The notes: generated by a model not told the origin, from the letters alone. Shown: positions 40,621 to 55,927, counted from the first letter of the whole stretch. The stretch is DNA of 63,867 nucleotides, filler included, from Octopus bimaculoides (GCF_001194135.2; 7 parts of 7 records of this genome joined end to end with filler, not necessarily neighbours in it); one strand, 5' to 3'. Translations and numbers: made by a program.

Positions 40621-43600
40621 CTTTATTTAAAAGCAGCAGAAATATAACAAAAAACACCGTTACTCTGAGTTTCACGTTCCCGTTCATCGAACAGTTTTGT
40701 TAGAAATATACTCCGGTATNNNNNNNNNNNNNNNNNNNNNNNNNNNNNNNNNNNNNNNNNNNNTTAATTAATTAANNNNNNNNNNNNNNNNNNNNNNNNN
40801 NNNNNNNNNNNNNNNNNNNATATATATATATATATATATATTCACACACATTTATTTGTGTGCGTTGACTACAGCATTAGAGCATTTTAGCTATTATTTT
40901 TAGCAATGTAGGTGTTTCTTAACACTCTAGTCAAATTTAGTAACAATTACTTTTCTCTTTTTTGTGAAACATTGGAATCCGCTGTTTGTATTAATTGTGT
41001 GTGTGTGCGTGCGTATGTTCGTGTGTGTATCTGTGTGTGTGTGTGTGTGTGTGTACGTGTGTGTGTATGTGTGTGTGAGTGTGTGTGTGTTTGTGTCTAC
41101 CTTATAAGATAGATTCAGGCTGCTCTGTATGAGTGCAAAAAAGAAAAGCACTCGTACATTTGCTAGTAAGTTAAGAATCATTGAAAGAATAGGTGGGAAA
41201 ATGAAAATAATAACATAGTTTATTCCGCCTGAATTTGACTTGGTTGCGTCAAACTAAAAACAAGTAAGAACATAAGAAAAACATGGGAAAACAGTATGCT
41301 TGAGTATGTATGTGCGTTTGGTGTCTCTTGTATGCATGTGTGCTTGTGCGCATGAGTGTGCGTGTGTTTATGTGTAAAGGCTACGAGAGGGGTTGAATCG
41401 GTTGAAGGAACATTATACAAGATGAAGGAATAGAAATTCGTCATACAAAGAAGAATTTAATTTTTTGCGATCTTAGGCGACAAAAAGGAAGATCGATAAA
41501 CAGAGAACAATTGAACTACCAGGAGAAAACCGAATAAAATGGAAAGAGTAAAATGTGAAGAGGAATGTAACATATATGCATTTTAATAAAAACAAAAATA
41601 TATGTTATACATCAGACACAAGATTAGTTAGGATATAAATCTGTTGGAAAGGAAATGCACAGAAAACAAAAATCAAAGTAAAAGCTCTTAGCAATTCTTT
41701 GTGAAAGATAAGGAAAAAAGATTGAAAACTTACGGGAGATAACTGTGTAATGGAACGTGTAAAAATGTAGTGAAAAAGTAATAAAAATAATGTAATCCCG
41801 TTGAAACCTACAGTAGAATATTGTGAAGCTTATTTAAGTTAACATGGAATATCTGAAGCTTATATGTTGTGTATAATGTGTATGATGATAGATTACCTTT
41901 TCGAGAAAGCTTCATTACATTCCTTGAAAATGTCAGTTGAATTTATAAGCTCTAAAAATTATAATTGTAGTTCTTGAAGTTAGCTGGCAACAGTATTTGT
42001 TTACTGTTTATTAAATGAAATCGGTACAATGGTATCTAATATGCAATTAAATTAATTAATATTTCCTATATTTAGCTTGCTGTAGCCATCAATGTATTGC
42101 CAATAAGGAAGGTATCCTTTCAAAATTTCAGACAAAATATTTGAAAACAGAATTTATATTTTTATTATAATTTCTGAATATTGTGTAGGAGATAATTTGA
42201 AAATTGCATTGCCACACATTCACATACACATATACTCCTACGTATGTGTATATGTGCGTACGTATCTATGTATCTATGTATAAATATACACACACACGTG
42301 TATTTATACGCGTACGCACATGCGTACATAATCAAGCTCAAACATCCGCATAACCACACACACACTTTAACTCACGCTGCAGATTAAATAGGAATAAAAT
42401 TGTAAATTTGTATAGACTTTAAACATTTCAAATTAAAAAGAACAGATAAAACCTATATTATTGAAGCTGATAAAAGAAAGAAAATAATTTCCTTTTAACA
42501 TTATATGCCTGTGCTTAATATCTGAAAATAGTAGAATATATGTTTGCAAGAATTTGTCGTGTAAATTAGCGATTTTCTAGAATCCAAATTCCTGAGCTGT
42601 TTACAAAAATATGCCTCGTCTTGGTAGGAAATATGGAAAGTTAAACAAAAGCGCTGCATGTCATTTCATCAGAGATGTCATAAGTGGTTAGGTTATTTCC
42701 CTCATAAGCTATCTGAGTTTGATTTTGTTTTTTACTGATAAATTCAATATAATACAAATGTAATTAGTCTTGCTATTTAGAGCTTCTGGATCTAAACGGT
42801 TCAATTCATGGAAGAACATGGAATTAGTAATGGAAAAATTGTCTTTTTCATTCTCATTCGAATATCATTAGCTATGATATTGAGTAAATGTCATGAACTC
42901 TCCCATTTTGGGGTATAAACACCGAAGATCAGAAAATTCTCTACGCTCTTAGATAAATTACTCCCATAAATTATAGTAAATTAAACAACTTGTATGACTT
43001 CCTATTTGTGTATTAAAAGCTAATGTTTAGTTGGCAATTATCTTATACACTGACATTCATCATGCGTTTTAGCAAGGCTGCGAATTTGAGGGTAGGTGAA
43101 ATGGAAGCATATGACGCTCATCTTTTTCTCAATAGCATTAATCAAAGCAGGCAAAAATAATCCCTCCTTAGATATTAACTTTATTAAGCAGTCTTATTTG
43201 AAGGATGTTTTGTGAGATGAAAACTAAACATGTATTTTTCAAGAGTATACCCAAGGTATTTCATGGTTTTTTTATTCTACATGAAAATCTTAAAGCATCT
43301 GTACTTAGAAACCGATGTGTAACTTAGAAACTGTCACTTTATTACAGATTTTTCTCCAAACCAGGAGGACGTGTGGCTTAGTGGTGAGGATGTTGTACCT
43401 GTAGTTGAAAGGGTGAGATTTGCCACATTCTGTGTCACGCTGAATCTCAATGAGAACTACATTAATGGTACTTATGTCTGTGAAATGCTCAGCCACTTCC
43501 ACGTTAATTTTACGAGCAAGCTGTTCTGCTCATTGTATCAAGTAGAACACACGTCGTCGTAACCGACGGAGAGCCAGTCGGTAATGGAAATTTAGAGCCG

Positions 43601-46507
43601 ACTTAAAGAAAGGGGTTAAAATGGAAATTTATTTCATTTGTTTGATCTTCAGTGGCAGACAGAGGACTACCTGAAAAAGCAGTTCTTATTATGGTGTTAA
43701 AAGGGTGAATGTCTAATTCCACAGAGAGTCAGGCAAATGCCTGGCACTATTTGTTCCGGTCTTTTCCGTTCTGAATTCAGAGCTTGTGACTAAGTTAGAA
43801 TCAATTATTTATTCTGGAGACAATACGATGATATTTTATTTTTCAAATCATTGTGCGTTTGTGCTTCTGTTGTTCTATATTTAGTGAGAACGCATACGGG
43901 GAAGCCTGGGTGTTATTTTAACAAAGTTATATTTGTTGTACAAAGATAAGAAGCGATAGTCTAATACTTTTTTTATAAAGTTTCTTACAGTTTTTTCCCC
44001 ATAACATCTAGAGTCAAGATCGACAACTAGGTTTGTTTTTGTTTGTTTTGTTATGTATTTGCTTTTTTTTTTGTTTCGAAGACGCTTTAATCAATATTTC
44101 AAGCATAGCAGACGAACAATGGAAATACTATCAACAAGAAAATCTAAAACGATCCGGGAAGCTTTTAATTTTATTGAAATCCAGGGTAAACATTGCTTTC
44201 ATTTTCTTTCCTTTTTTTATCGAAAGATCGTCAGCACAAAGGAAATTATTAAATTAAAGTTCTCGAAAAATAAAAAGAGAAACAAAATAAGAGAAAAGTT
44301 AATAGACATCCGAGAAAAAAATAATAATTAGTTTAGCAGACCCAACAGCATGGCCTCTTTCTAGAATACTATACATTTGCAACGAGTTCTCAATTGACAG
44401 TGTTTTTGTTTTTTTGTTTTAATCAAACTAACAAGTTAATGACTGGAAACGACGTGAAGAATTCTTTGTAAACGGACTGGTTGATCTTTCTTAATGAAAT
44501 GAATTAAAGTTTCAAATATGGTGGTGATTAATATCAGTATTCACGTTGCTAAAAATTATGAAGTATCTTAGAGGCAAACTAAGGATGACGCCGGAAAAAA
44601 AAAAACAGGATATAACCGATAAGATTGGGCTGAGGAGATATGTAGGCTTCTACTTGAAATCAAAATTCAGTGAAGTACGTGTGACATAGACATAAGTATT
44701 AAAGATCACATCAGTGGGTTAGCAAATATATTTTGTTAGTGAATAAACGTTTGCCTATTCGTCCATCAGAATTAAGTGCATCGAGTCTAGTATGTTCAGT
44801 CCTTAGATACAGTCAGTCCGACACATATGAGCAGCGTCTCAATACGTCTTAATTGAACAAGTACAGCAGTTATTTAGATGTGAAGTATCACGTTGGTTTC
44901 AAGGCGATACCCTATTTTTAGGATGTGCTAATGGCAATGTGGTAGCTGAAGGATCACCATATGAGATCATCAAATTTGTCTTTTGTGTGCTGCAGCAGGA
45001 TTGTTTCTATATGTTTTGTGTAAAAATTATATGAATGGATAGTGAAGAAGGCTGCCATTTCCTATTCTCTGATATTGTTCATGTTGTTATACAATGAAGG
45101 CGGACTTGTCGTCATGGGTCTGAATTTCGTACCCATACTAACTGATAAATAATTATGAGAAATGAAATCATGCAAGGAACAACCGCTTCTTAAAAACCTG
45201 TATTATCAAGAGTAACGCGAATGACAGAAATTAAGTAATTCAAGAACAGAAAACAACGGACACGGCGAGAGGTAAAAGATGTTTGTACCAAACGAGAATC
45301 GACGGAATATGAAACAGTAAGAATCGCGTACGCACATCCTGTAGAGAAATAGTCTAAAAGGTATACTCCGATCAAAATGTTAAGATTATTGAACCTATCG
45401 TCATACACCGTGATTTGGAAGAACTTATCGCGTACAAAAACTATTTATGCGTTCTTCTCTGGATAAACAATATCACTTTCATTGAATCTCACAGAGGCGA
45501 TAAATGCCTCGAGGCGTAAGTAAGACGGTCAGTAGATCATTTGCTTCGGAAACCATGCAGTCGCTGTCTCGGGGAGGAAACAACAGCTCAACGTGGGAAA
45601 AGAGCAGGTGGCTTTCGATCATATTTATCACCTTGTATATTTTGGAAGTTAGGTTGACAGTGTAATTATAAATATCAGATAAATTCTGTTTCTGGAGAGA
45701 GGGTACTCCCACACATTTCTCTATAGGTTTCTGTAACTCTCTACAAAATATGCATTTTCGTTTGGATACACAGTACTTTATAATCGTATTATTTGAGATT
45801 AATTAAAGAAACTCCTTAAAGTTAGGTACAAATTTGATTGGTATAGTTGAGGCATTAACATTTAGGAAAATTGTATTTTGTGTCAAAATAGGTGGTGAAT
45901 GAGAAGAGATTATTGGCGTGAGTTTTCTCCTTGTGATTCTATTCAAGTAAATAAACAGCAGTTCATAGGTGGCTGCCACCATTCTGCATTGTTAATAAAG
46001 ACCGTGTTTGCAAGGAACACGATCCCAGAAAGATGCGAGAACTTACAGTAAGATGTAGTAATCATCTTTCACGTTAGTGTCTGGTTAGGATGAAAGCAAT
46101 ATATCTTGCCATCACATGTGTTTAAACTAATACTTCAATTCATTTAATACAGAATAAGTATCGAAAATACAGGTATATTTTACACCAACAGACATTTTTA
46201 GTTCGTCATACAAGCATTTGTAACAAATTGGAGTTGTGTTTTACATGAACAAAGCAATTCTGTTTAAACACAAAACTGCAGTTGGTTGTTATTTTCAGAT
46301 TTAGTAAGAGCCGCAAACGTGGAGAATTGGTAAATCATCAGGCAAAATACATTGTTTTATTCGGTGCCATTTTGCCTTCATTACAAATCCCTCCACGGTT
46401 AAATTTGCATTTTTTACCTTCCGTGGTGGATAAAAAGATTTCCATCTAATCGTTTATCACTCCTCCCTTATTTTCGAAGTTTTCTGCCTTTGTAATACAT
46501 CAATATT

Positions 46508-46722
46508 CTTTTCTACTCTAGGCACAAGACCCAAATTTTTGTTGGAGGAGACCAGTTGATCAGATCGACGCCAGTACGCAACTGGTACTTAATTTATCGA
46601 CCGCCGAAAGGATAAAATGCAAAGTGGACCACAGCGGAATTTGAACTAACAGCATAAAAACAGACAAAATACCGCTAATCATTTCGCCCGGCGTACTAAC
46701 GCTTCTGCCAGCTCACCGCCTT
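46508..46722 (-). mobile_element. Complete family A SINE
   Basis: Head, core and tail (ttgtgcctagagtagaaaag) all present. Confidence 0.85.
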
Positions 46723-47571
46723 GTTATAAATTAATATTAAAACAGATAGAAGTAGATAGATTGGCCAAATTAGTAGAGAGTTGAAAGTGAAACACTCTGC
46801 CTAAGTTTAGGTGCAGATATTTCCGTTAGATTATCAAATGCCGATCAGACTTCTGGGTTTGATCAGTTAAATAACAGTTGGTACCAGGTTCTATCTAATT
46901 GTCTATACACCCATCTCTCACACTCAAAGCCTTGTCCGTATGTTAATAAATCAATACGACAGAAAAGCAACTTTATGTTTCACTTCATCAATAACAATGT
47001 CTATATCGATTCCACGAAGGAAACTCTACTCTGTATCTAAATCTGATAGAAGTAGCCATCAAATCTGCTTCGATTCATACACCACTGTTTTTCAAATAGG
47101 AATCATTAGAGGAAATACCTCTGGATTATCGACACTTGAAAACGAGATAACAATGAAATTGCGTCAATTACGGAACCTAAAAAAGACGTTAGAAATTACA
47201 AATAGCATCCAAATTTCACTCGAAATACGTTGTACACATTTTCAGCAATGACATCAGATAATGAGGGTATGGAAAAAACTAGAAATAGGGAGGTAATGGT
47301 GCAATACTTTTAACACGCTTCGTCGTTGAAGGTTAACCTGGAGGGCAAACGTTACAATTATTAAATCCATAATATACTAATTTCTAGTGAGATTAATAGC
47401 AACACAGTAACTAACTGTAGTAGTAGTAGTAGTAGTAGTAGTAGGAGGAGGAGGNNNNNNNNNNNNNNNNNNNNNNNNNNNNNNNNNNNNNNNNNNNNTT
47501 AATTAATTAANNNNNNNNNNNNNNNNNNNNNNNNNNNNNNNNNNNNNNNNNNNNATATATATATATATATA

Positions 47572-47735
47572 TACGACGGGTTTCTTTCAGTTTTCGTCTA
47601 CCAAATCCACTCACAAGGCTTTGGTCGGCTCGAGACTATAGTAGAAGATACTTGCCCAAGGTGCGACGCAGTGGTCCTGAACCCGGAAACATGTGGTTAG
47701 GAAGGAAACTACTTACCACACACCCACTCCTGTGC
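47572..47735 (-). mobile_element. Family B SINE head next to a gap
   Basis: Near-consensus head. Confidence 0.85.
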
Positions 47736-47979
47736 CTTTTGTTCTTCTTAATACAACTTTAGTTCACAGAACTGCGACCGGCCAATTGTAAATATGTAAA
47801 TAAGATTGAATACTGAATGCTGGGAAGGTTTTTAAAACAACCGCCTATCCACCCGTCGACACAATTCCTTAAACAAATCCAATCGTCTGGTTCTGATTGT
47901 AATTCTAATGAGAATTAGTCACTGGACATGAGAAATGCTACCAATTACTATTTGTTACTGTTGGTTAGCTTCTACCTCT

Positions 47980-47984
<5 letters not shown>

Positions 47985-48034
<50 letters not shown>

Positions 48035-48962
48035 CACTACTACAAGCACCGTCACTACCACCACCACCACCACTAACAACAACAACAACAACACAGGTAT
48101 CATTAACACTGCTTCTCTCACTTCAACCACAATTTACATTAGCTGTACCGCTACCATCTTCACCATCACGAGCAACACTACTACCACCCCTGTCACGGCC
48201 ACAACCACAACGACGCCCACCACCACCACCACCACCACCACCATCATACGTATCATTACCACTGCCTGTATAACTCCAGCCAGAATCAAACATTATCGGT
48301 ACCGCTATCACAACCATCATCACTATAGATACCACCACTACCACAGCTGCTGCTGCTGCCGCCGTCCCCATGACCATCACCAACACAACACTACTGCCGC
48401 TACGACCGTCCACCAACACAAACAACCGCAACCACCACGACTGTCGCCGCCACTAAAACCACCACCACCACCACCACTACAATTATTACTAGCAAGTCAA
48501 AATAATCTCCCCCTGGGGGGGGGGGTCTTCATTAAATATCGCCATAGTCTTTTACTGCCTCTAAATGTGATGGAGTTGTAATGAATCTAGACAAGTTACT
48601 GTAATGGAGAAAGGAAAGAAGGAAGGAGGGTTAAATAGTGAATGAAGGCACAAGAAAAGAACGAAAAGAAGAGAGAAGAGAAGAAAAGCAGATTGTAAAT
48701 GAAGGAAAGCGAAAAAAACATATATATATAAATATAAAGAGAACATAAAATGCTGCCAAGATAAGAGTTGGATGGTGAGAGGTGGGGGTTGTGATGTGGC
48801 GGCGGTGGTGGTGGTGGTGGTAGTGGTGGCGGCGGTTGGTTTGAATGAGTAATGGCTGACTATCAGGAAAGTCGATGCTACTGGAGGTTATCGTCTTGGT
48901 ATATCAATTGCAACGCATGGAGGAGGATGAGGATGAAACGCAGATGATGGTGGTGGTGATGA

Positions 48963-48996
<34 letters not shown>

Positions 48997-49217
48997 GGTG
49001 GTGATATTGATGAGACGCCGACGATGATAGTGATGATGATGATGAAAGTGACGACGATGATTGTTTTTGATAATTATGGTGATGGTGGTGATGACGACGA
49101 TGGTCGTGGTAGCAGCAGCAGCAGTAGTAGTAGTAGTAGTAGCAGTAGTAGTAGTAGTTGCAGTAGTAGCAGTAGTAGTAGTAGTAGCAGCAGTAGTGGC
49201 ATAACAGCAGCAGCAGC

Positions 49218-49255
<38 letters not shown>

Positions 49256-49260
49256 TAGCA
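47985..49260. repeat. Complex trinucleotide low-complexity region (ACT/ACC/AAC; GAT/GGT/AGT/AGC)
   Basis: Direct; the source of poly-Thr/His/Ser ORFs. Confidence 0.9.
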
Positions 49261-49274
49261 TGAACCGTCTAAGC

Positions 49275-49411
49275 CAGTGGTTCCTAGCCTTTTCACTACC
49301 AAAGCCCCTTTCTATTTAAATGAGTTTTCCCACAGACCCCAGGACATTGAAAGGCCTATCAGCTTAACATACTGACGGACCGGACCCCCAGTACTACCTT
49401 GGGAACCACTG
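49275..49411. mobile_element. hAT (Charlie/Buster-like) MITE, 137 bp
   Basis: TIR cagtggttcc/ggaaccactg; 8-bp TSD gtctaagc (49267-49274) and gtctaacc (49412-49419) with central TA. Confidence 0.85.
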
Positions 49412-50148
49412 GTCTAACCCTTCTCTTGGCAAATTTTGAAGTTGGAGAGACAATTCAGAATTAGGAACGAAACTGGCAGAGTTGACGACGACGGCTATCA
49501 TCATAGTTTTTACATTATCGTCAAGATAGCATTGACCATGTACCGTGGTTCAGAAAAGTTCGTTTCGCAACCACGAAGCCCAGGGTTAAATGCTGCCGTG
49601 TGACGTCATGCGTTACGTATCATTTACCATAGCCTCGTGTCGACCCGAAGCTTTGTAAGTGAAATTGGAACAATTTCGTCAGGCTTGACCTTGAGTTTCG
49701 TTAAATTACTTTGGTCAACTTAGCCATTCATCCTTCGGATTGGATGTAATCGACCTCACCCCAACTCCCAGCAAATTTCAAGCCTTGTGAGATTTTCCTC
49801 TTCCTCTCCATTATTATCATAATCGTCGTCGTCGTCGTCGTCAAAAGGTGACGGTAGAGAAGGAATGCTGCCTTGCAACAATTTTATTGCAAGGTGGGTA
49901 AGCAAGCGCCTATCGATTGAAGGAGGACGAAAGGTGCTTGCCGTAGTGGTCAGGGCGACCGTGGTTTTGTGGGGGTCTCCTCAAACAGCTATAAGAAGTC
50001 TCCCTCTTTTAAGGAATTTGGAAATTTATATTCTAATCGTTTTTATTTAACTGCTTACACACTTCTATTTATGTAACCCCATAAGGATTTGTGCTGTACC
50101 GTCCCCAATATTTTTTGTGAAACCTTAGTGGTGAACAAAGAAAACGTC

Positions 50149-50345
50149 ATTCATCATCATCGTTTAACGTCCGCTTTCCATGCTAGCATGGGTTGGACGA
50201 TTTGACTGCGGATTGGTGAACCAGATGGCTACACCAGGCTCCAATCTGATTTGGCAGAATTTCTATAGCTGGATGCCCTTCCTAACGCCAACCACTCCGA
50301 GAGTGTAGTGGGTGCTTTTACGTGCCACCGGCACGAAGGCCAGTC
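50149..50345 (-). mobile_element. MetaSINE-like 3' portion
   Basis: Sense ggttggcgttaggaagggcatccagctatagaaa resembles the Meta core as recalled; tail ccaacccatgctagcatggaaagcggacgttaaac(gat)n. Confidence 0.65.
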
Positions 50346-50552
50346 TGGCAGAATCGTTAGCATGCCGGGCAAAATGCTTAGCGGCGTTTCGTCTGTCTTT
50401 ACATTTTGAGTTCAAATTCCACCGAGGTCGACTTTGCTTTCATTCTTTCGGGATCGATAAAATAAATACCAGTTGAGTACTGGAGTCGATGTAATCGACT
50501 TACTCCCTCCCTCCCTCGAAATTACTTGCCTTGTGCCAAAATTTGAAATCGT
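50345..50552 (+). mobile_element. Family A SINE
   Basis: Head, B-box, core and tail. Confidence 0.88.
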
Positions 50553-50556
50553 TATT

Positions 50557-50870
50557 AATTTGGTTTGTCTCAGGTTCGGTCTTATTCCTGGTAGGAATTA
50601 TGTGGGTAGCGAGTTCCTACCTGTAACCTTAAGTATCAACAAGTATTTAGCAGCCTCTCAAGTGATTAGAACCCGCTTGATAATCGTTGCTGTGCCTTAG
50701 AGACAAACTTTCTGCAGGATCTCTACCGGGCATTCTGTTCCAATCTCCTTCAGCCATTTGTCTATATTTTGGCTTCCTGTTCCCAACACACCAATTATTA
50801 TAGGCCCGACCTTTACTGTTCGCATGCTCCAAATTCTTCCTATTTCAAATTTTAAGGGATTGTAGTTTTT
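50557..50870 (-). mobile_element. R4/Dong-like 3' end, same family as 33781-34275
   Basis: Reverse complement aligns with ~33975-34275, including the 3'UTR. Confidence 0.85.
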
Positions 50871-51694
50871 GATTTGATTTGATTATTATTATTATTATCA
50901 TTATTAGTGTTGTTGTTGTTGTCTGAAGAAAGCCAAAGAAACAAGGCGTGGTAGGGATCGTATCTGGAATACAAGATTGAAATAGGACACATGGCCACAA
51001 CCATTGGAGAGATTCCTTAAAGAAATATTTTAAAAGGAAAAAGCAATATCTGCACCACCCCACCACCACCACCATCTTCACCATCTTCACCATCATCATC
51101 ATCATCATCATCTCCACCACCATCATCATGATCAACATCATCGCCATTGCCACCAACAGCATTATCAGCATCATCACCAATATCTCTAGAACCACCATCA
51201 TTATCATCATCCCCACCGCCATCACCACCATCACAATCGTTCCAACTGTCTAAATAGTCTTTGCTTTACAATCATTATTTACGTTCAGTCTGACAAATTA
51301 TCATTAAAGTTATTATAATAAACATCACCATCACCACCACCACCACCACCACCACAAGAACAACATTATTTTTGATTATCATCGTCATTGTAGTGGTGGT
51401 GATCGTAGCCATTTTCAATCATTACGTGGTTCATTATACTTCCAACCCATGCCAGCAAGGAAAACAGGCATTACACACAATAAGCGATATTAGTGTCTCT
51501 TGTTTCTCACAACGATGGTGATGTTGCTGCTGACAACGACAATCATCATCATCATCAACATCATCGTCATCATCATCATCGTCATAGAAGGTCGAGGTCT
51601 TGTAACTAGTTTTATCTTAATTGGTAACATCTTTAAAGAATTTCTTGGCAACGAAGAAAAGCGATGGGGGCGCATGCACGCGCGTGTGTGTGCA

Positions 51695-51725
<31 letters not shown>

Positions 51726-51839
51726 GGGAGACAGAGAGTCAAGATACGTAGAGAAAAAGAAGACAGTGCCATACAAAATGGACGTGAGAGATCGTAAGGA
51801 GTACAATGCGTGAGACGATAATCAGGGTGAAACTATTCA

Positions 51840-52145
51840 TACGTACGTAGCTATGTATGTATGTATGTATGTGTATGTATGTATGTATGTATGTATGATG
51901 TATGTATGTATGTATGTATTTATATATGTATATATGTAGGTATGTATGTACGATGTATGTATGTATGTATGTATGTATGTATGTATGTATGTATGTATGT
52001 ATGTTTGTATGTATGTATGATGTATGTATACATATGTATGTACGCATGTATGTTTGCATGTATGTATACATATGTATGTACGCATGTAGGTATGCATGTA
52101 TGCATATGCATGTCTGTGTATGTATGTATGTATGTATGTATGTAT
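51840..52145. repeat. (TATG)n microsatellite, imperfect
   Basis: Direct. Confidence 0.97.
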
Positions 52146-54600
52146 ACACAGTGAGAAAGCGAAAGAGAAAAAGAGGGAGAGAGAAGAGTAACATAATGAA
52201 AACGATAAGCATATAGAAGGGATACGTGTGTGTATATATGTGTGTGTATATACACACACACACACACAGAATATATCTTCGTAAAATACACTTGTAGATA
52301 TGAAGACTGGTTTTTTAGGGCGTCAGAAGAAAGTCAAACTAGAGGATTATTAGGAAAAAGAACGAGATAAACAACAATAAACAGCTGACAGAGACGAGTA
52401 GATAACTAGTAAACACAGAGGCTAACGAAGGTAAAAAGTGCACGCGCGAATTTGTGTGCGTGCGTGTGAGAGGGAGAGAGAGAGGGGCAGACAAGCGTTT
52501 TAAGGAGTTTTAATGAGAACAATAATAGATAACTGTTGGATAGTTGTTCAGTTGTTTACGATAGCGGATAGACATATGGCGTGTGGTTTCACAGCACACA
52601 AGAAGAAGCAATATTCTGCATCCGCGAGGAAAACAACAATTGAGTATTTCTCATATTTTTGAAAAATAAAAATATAGAATAATGCGTTTCTGATGAAAGT
52701 CATCGTTAATCAATAATAGTGTTTATTAATAAACAATTTAGGAAAAGAGTGAAGTTGCATCAGGTAAAGTGAAAGATTCGTTTAAACTTATTGTTGTTGA
52801 TATCGTTGTCCAGCCTATGTCAATCCTTATTGAGTTGAGCCATGATTAAAGACATTCCAAGTATGAACATCATGTTTTATTCGTAGGTGTAAGAATGTAG
52901 GTCTACGCTATCTCATGTGTTCTGTTTGTACATATGAAAGATAGAGTTGTGAAAGATTTAACTGGTATTTCTGGCAGATCGAGTGACCATGCTGAAGTTA
53001 CCCAACTGACCCAACAGACTTATGATCAAAAACACTCCAGCCATGACTACCCTGACGTTTTAAGACTACTTTAACTAATCTTCTTTGTAGGAGACGTTAA
53101 TCTGGCTGCTATTTCTAGATCTTCGTTACCAAATGTGTTCATCGCTTTTTAAAAATATCGGATCTGCCATTTGACAGAGATTTCGCTGCTATTTCTAGCA
53201 AATGGAGCTATCATGCACAGGCTTTTATTTTTGGCACGTTTCTTGGCAATGGCGTTACAAAGGGTCAGTTTAGAAAGGATAATGTTTTTAGGATTCTATA
53301 AAAAAAAAAGAAAGAAAAAAACGAAAGAAAATAGGCGAGGGAGAGAAATTAGCGGTTGTGCTGAAATATTTGTGGTATGGAATCATTAAGGAAGAAAAAA
53401 GAAAAAAGGAAAATATATTTAAAATACAAGAAAAAAAGCAAAAGAGAAAGCTATGCCTTATAAAATGATATCTTTAAAGAAGAAAACGTGTTTAATTTTC
53501 TTTATCTGAAGAGAAGTGAAGCAAAGCAGTGATTTAAACAGACTTTACTAAGGTGAAAGGAAGGCGAAGATAGACAAAGAGAGACAGTAGGGAGTGAGGA
53601 AACAGAAAATTGCAATCATAATATTGCTTTAAGGAGACATTACTTGGTTTAATCTTTAAAGTTTAAGAAACATATGCTAGAGAGACACAAAAAATGCTCT
53701 CAAAAAAACAAGGCGGGGGAAACTTTTTATTAAAATCCTTTTAAACAAACACAATTTAGACAACATGCTGTTGACACCCTTTCAACTGTATGTAATAAGG
53801 AGGCAGAATAGAATATCAAATGAGTGTTCGGAATTTGGAGAAAAAAAAAGAAAACTTGGCCTGTAGGTGTTAGGTTAAAAATCTATCTTTTGAGTCGATG
53901 TTTACGACTTTGAGTTCAAAGCACAAAGACTTACAAAAGCCCCTTCAGTTTATTGTGCTGTAAAGTTTTAAATTGTATATATTTTTTTCGTATTATTGTC
54001 ATATTCTCCTATTTAGGAATCACAAACAAAACATGAAAGCGTTAAGGAACAACAACGAAAATATACCCATGACTGGCTCTATGTTATGCATGCATCAAGC
54101 ATTATATACACACGTATATATTTATATATATANNNNNNNNNNNNNNNNNNNNNNNNNNNNNNNNNNNNNNNNNNNNNNNNNNNNNNNNNNNNNNNNNNNN
54201 NNNNNNNNNNNNNNNNNNNNNNNNNNNNNNNNNNNNNNNNNNNNNNNNNNNNNNNNNNNNNNNNNNNNNNNNNNNNNNNNNNNNNNNNNNNNNNNNNNNN
54301 NNNNNNNNNNNNNNNNNNNNNNNNNNNNNNNNNNNNNNNNNNNNNNNNNNNNNNNNNNNNNNNNNNNNNNNNNNNNNNNNNNNNNNNNNNNNNNNNNNNN
54401 NNNNNNNNNNNNNNNNNNNNNNNNNNNNNNNNNNNNNNNNNNNNNNNNNNNNNNNNNNNNNNNNNNNNNNNNNNNNNNNNNNNNNNNNNNNNNNNNNNNN
54501 NNNNNNNNNNNNNNNNNNNNNNNNNNNNNNNNNNNNNNNNNNNNNNNNNNNNNNNNNNNNNNNNNNNNNNNNNNNNNNNNNNNNNCATTATTATTATCAA

Positions 54601-55097
54601 TGAAGGCGGCGAGGTGGCAGAATCGTTCCGCACGCCGGACGATAATGCTCAACGGTATTTCGTCTACCGCTACGTTCTGAGTTCAAATTCCACCGAGGTC
54701 GACTTTGCCTTTCATCCTTTCAGGGTCGATTAAATAAGTACCAGTTACACACTGGGGTCGATGTAATTGACTTAATCCCTTCCCCCAAAATTTGAAGCCT
54801 TGTGCTTCCGGTAGAAAGGATCATTCTTCTTCTTCTTCTTCTTCTTATTATTATTATTATTAATTATAAATTATTATTACGGAGGTGAGCTGGCAGAAAA
54901 GTTACCATGCCGGAAAAACGCTTAGCGGTAATTATTCCGGCTTTACGTCCTTGTGTTCAAATTCCGCCGAGGTTGACTTTGCCATACGTCCTTTCGGGGA
55001 CGAGGAATTAAGTACCAGACAAGCACTGGGAGTCGAAGTGATCGACTTACCCCCTCCCCGAAATATTTCAGACCTTGTGCGTATTGTAGAAAGGAAA
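54601..55097 (+). mobile_element. Two tandem family A SINEs (54601-54822, 54880-55097) in (ATT)n
   Basis: Both have head, core and tail. Confidence 0.88.
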
Positions 55098-55105
55098 TAT
55101 CATCA

Positions 55106-55139
<34 letters not shown>

Positions 55140-55240
55140 CATTATTCACATCACTGACTTTAATCCTGAGTCATAGGAGCTAACCTTGAATATTTTTATT
55201 TATTCATTTATCATCATGGTCATCACCATCGTCATCATCG

Positions 55241-55281
<41 letters not shown>

Positions 55282-55809
55282 GTCGTCACCATCACCACTA
55301 TTGAATAGTTCTGGATCCGAATATAAACTTCTTTTAGAGTGTTTACCATAAAAAAAAAAGAAAATTTTTCCTTTTTTTTTTTCGCGTTTCAATGATGTAA
55401 CAATCTTTTATTTCATTTTTTTTTATTTATTATTATTTTGTTTCCCAAGAAAAATCGTTTTCCTTTCAAAAATTCCTTAGACAAAGCTTCAGTTTACATA
55501 TATTTCCACCAATTTCGTTATATTACATTATTTGTTATTGTTGCTGGCAGGTATTCCATACAAGACAACGGTCGAGAGGAATATTTTATTGTTAAGGTTA
55601 ACTTCATAGAAAGAAATGCTATAATTATGGAAGTAAATAAGCAGAACAAAAGATCTATTGGAATACTAGCAATAACAATACTTGTAGCCCAAATTTGTCT
55701 CAAGGCTAAAATACACAAAGAGAATACTATATTTTCATTTTAATATGTCGTAACACTTTTTAATTATTTATTTTTCTTTCTGTTGTTTACTTTCACTTTA
55801 TAGAATCTC

Positions 55810-55927
<118 letters not shown>

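Noticed and set aside
44880-45720. Higher-complexity segment with faint RT-like words (KHIETILLQH...; ESHLLFSHV)
   Set aside because: Too degenerate to assign without BLASTX/HMM.
47928-48581. 217-aa Thr/His/Pro-rich mucin-like ORF
   Set aside because: Built from drifting trinucleotide arrays, with no domain or splice support.
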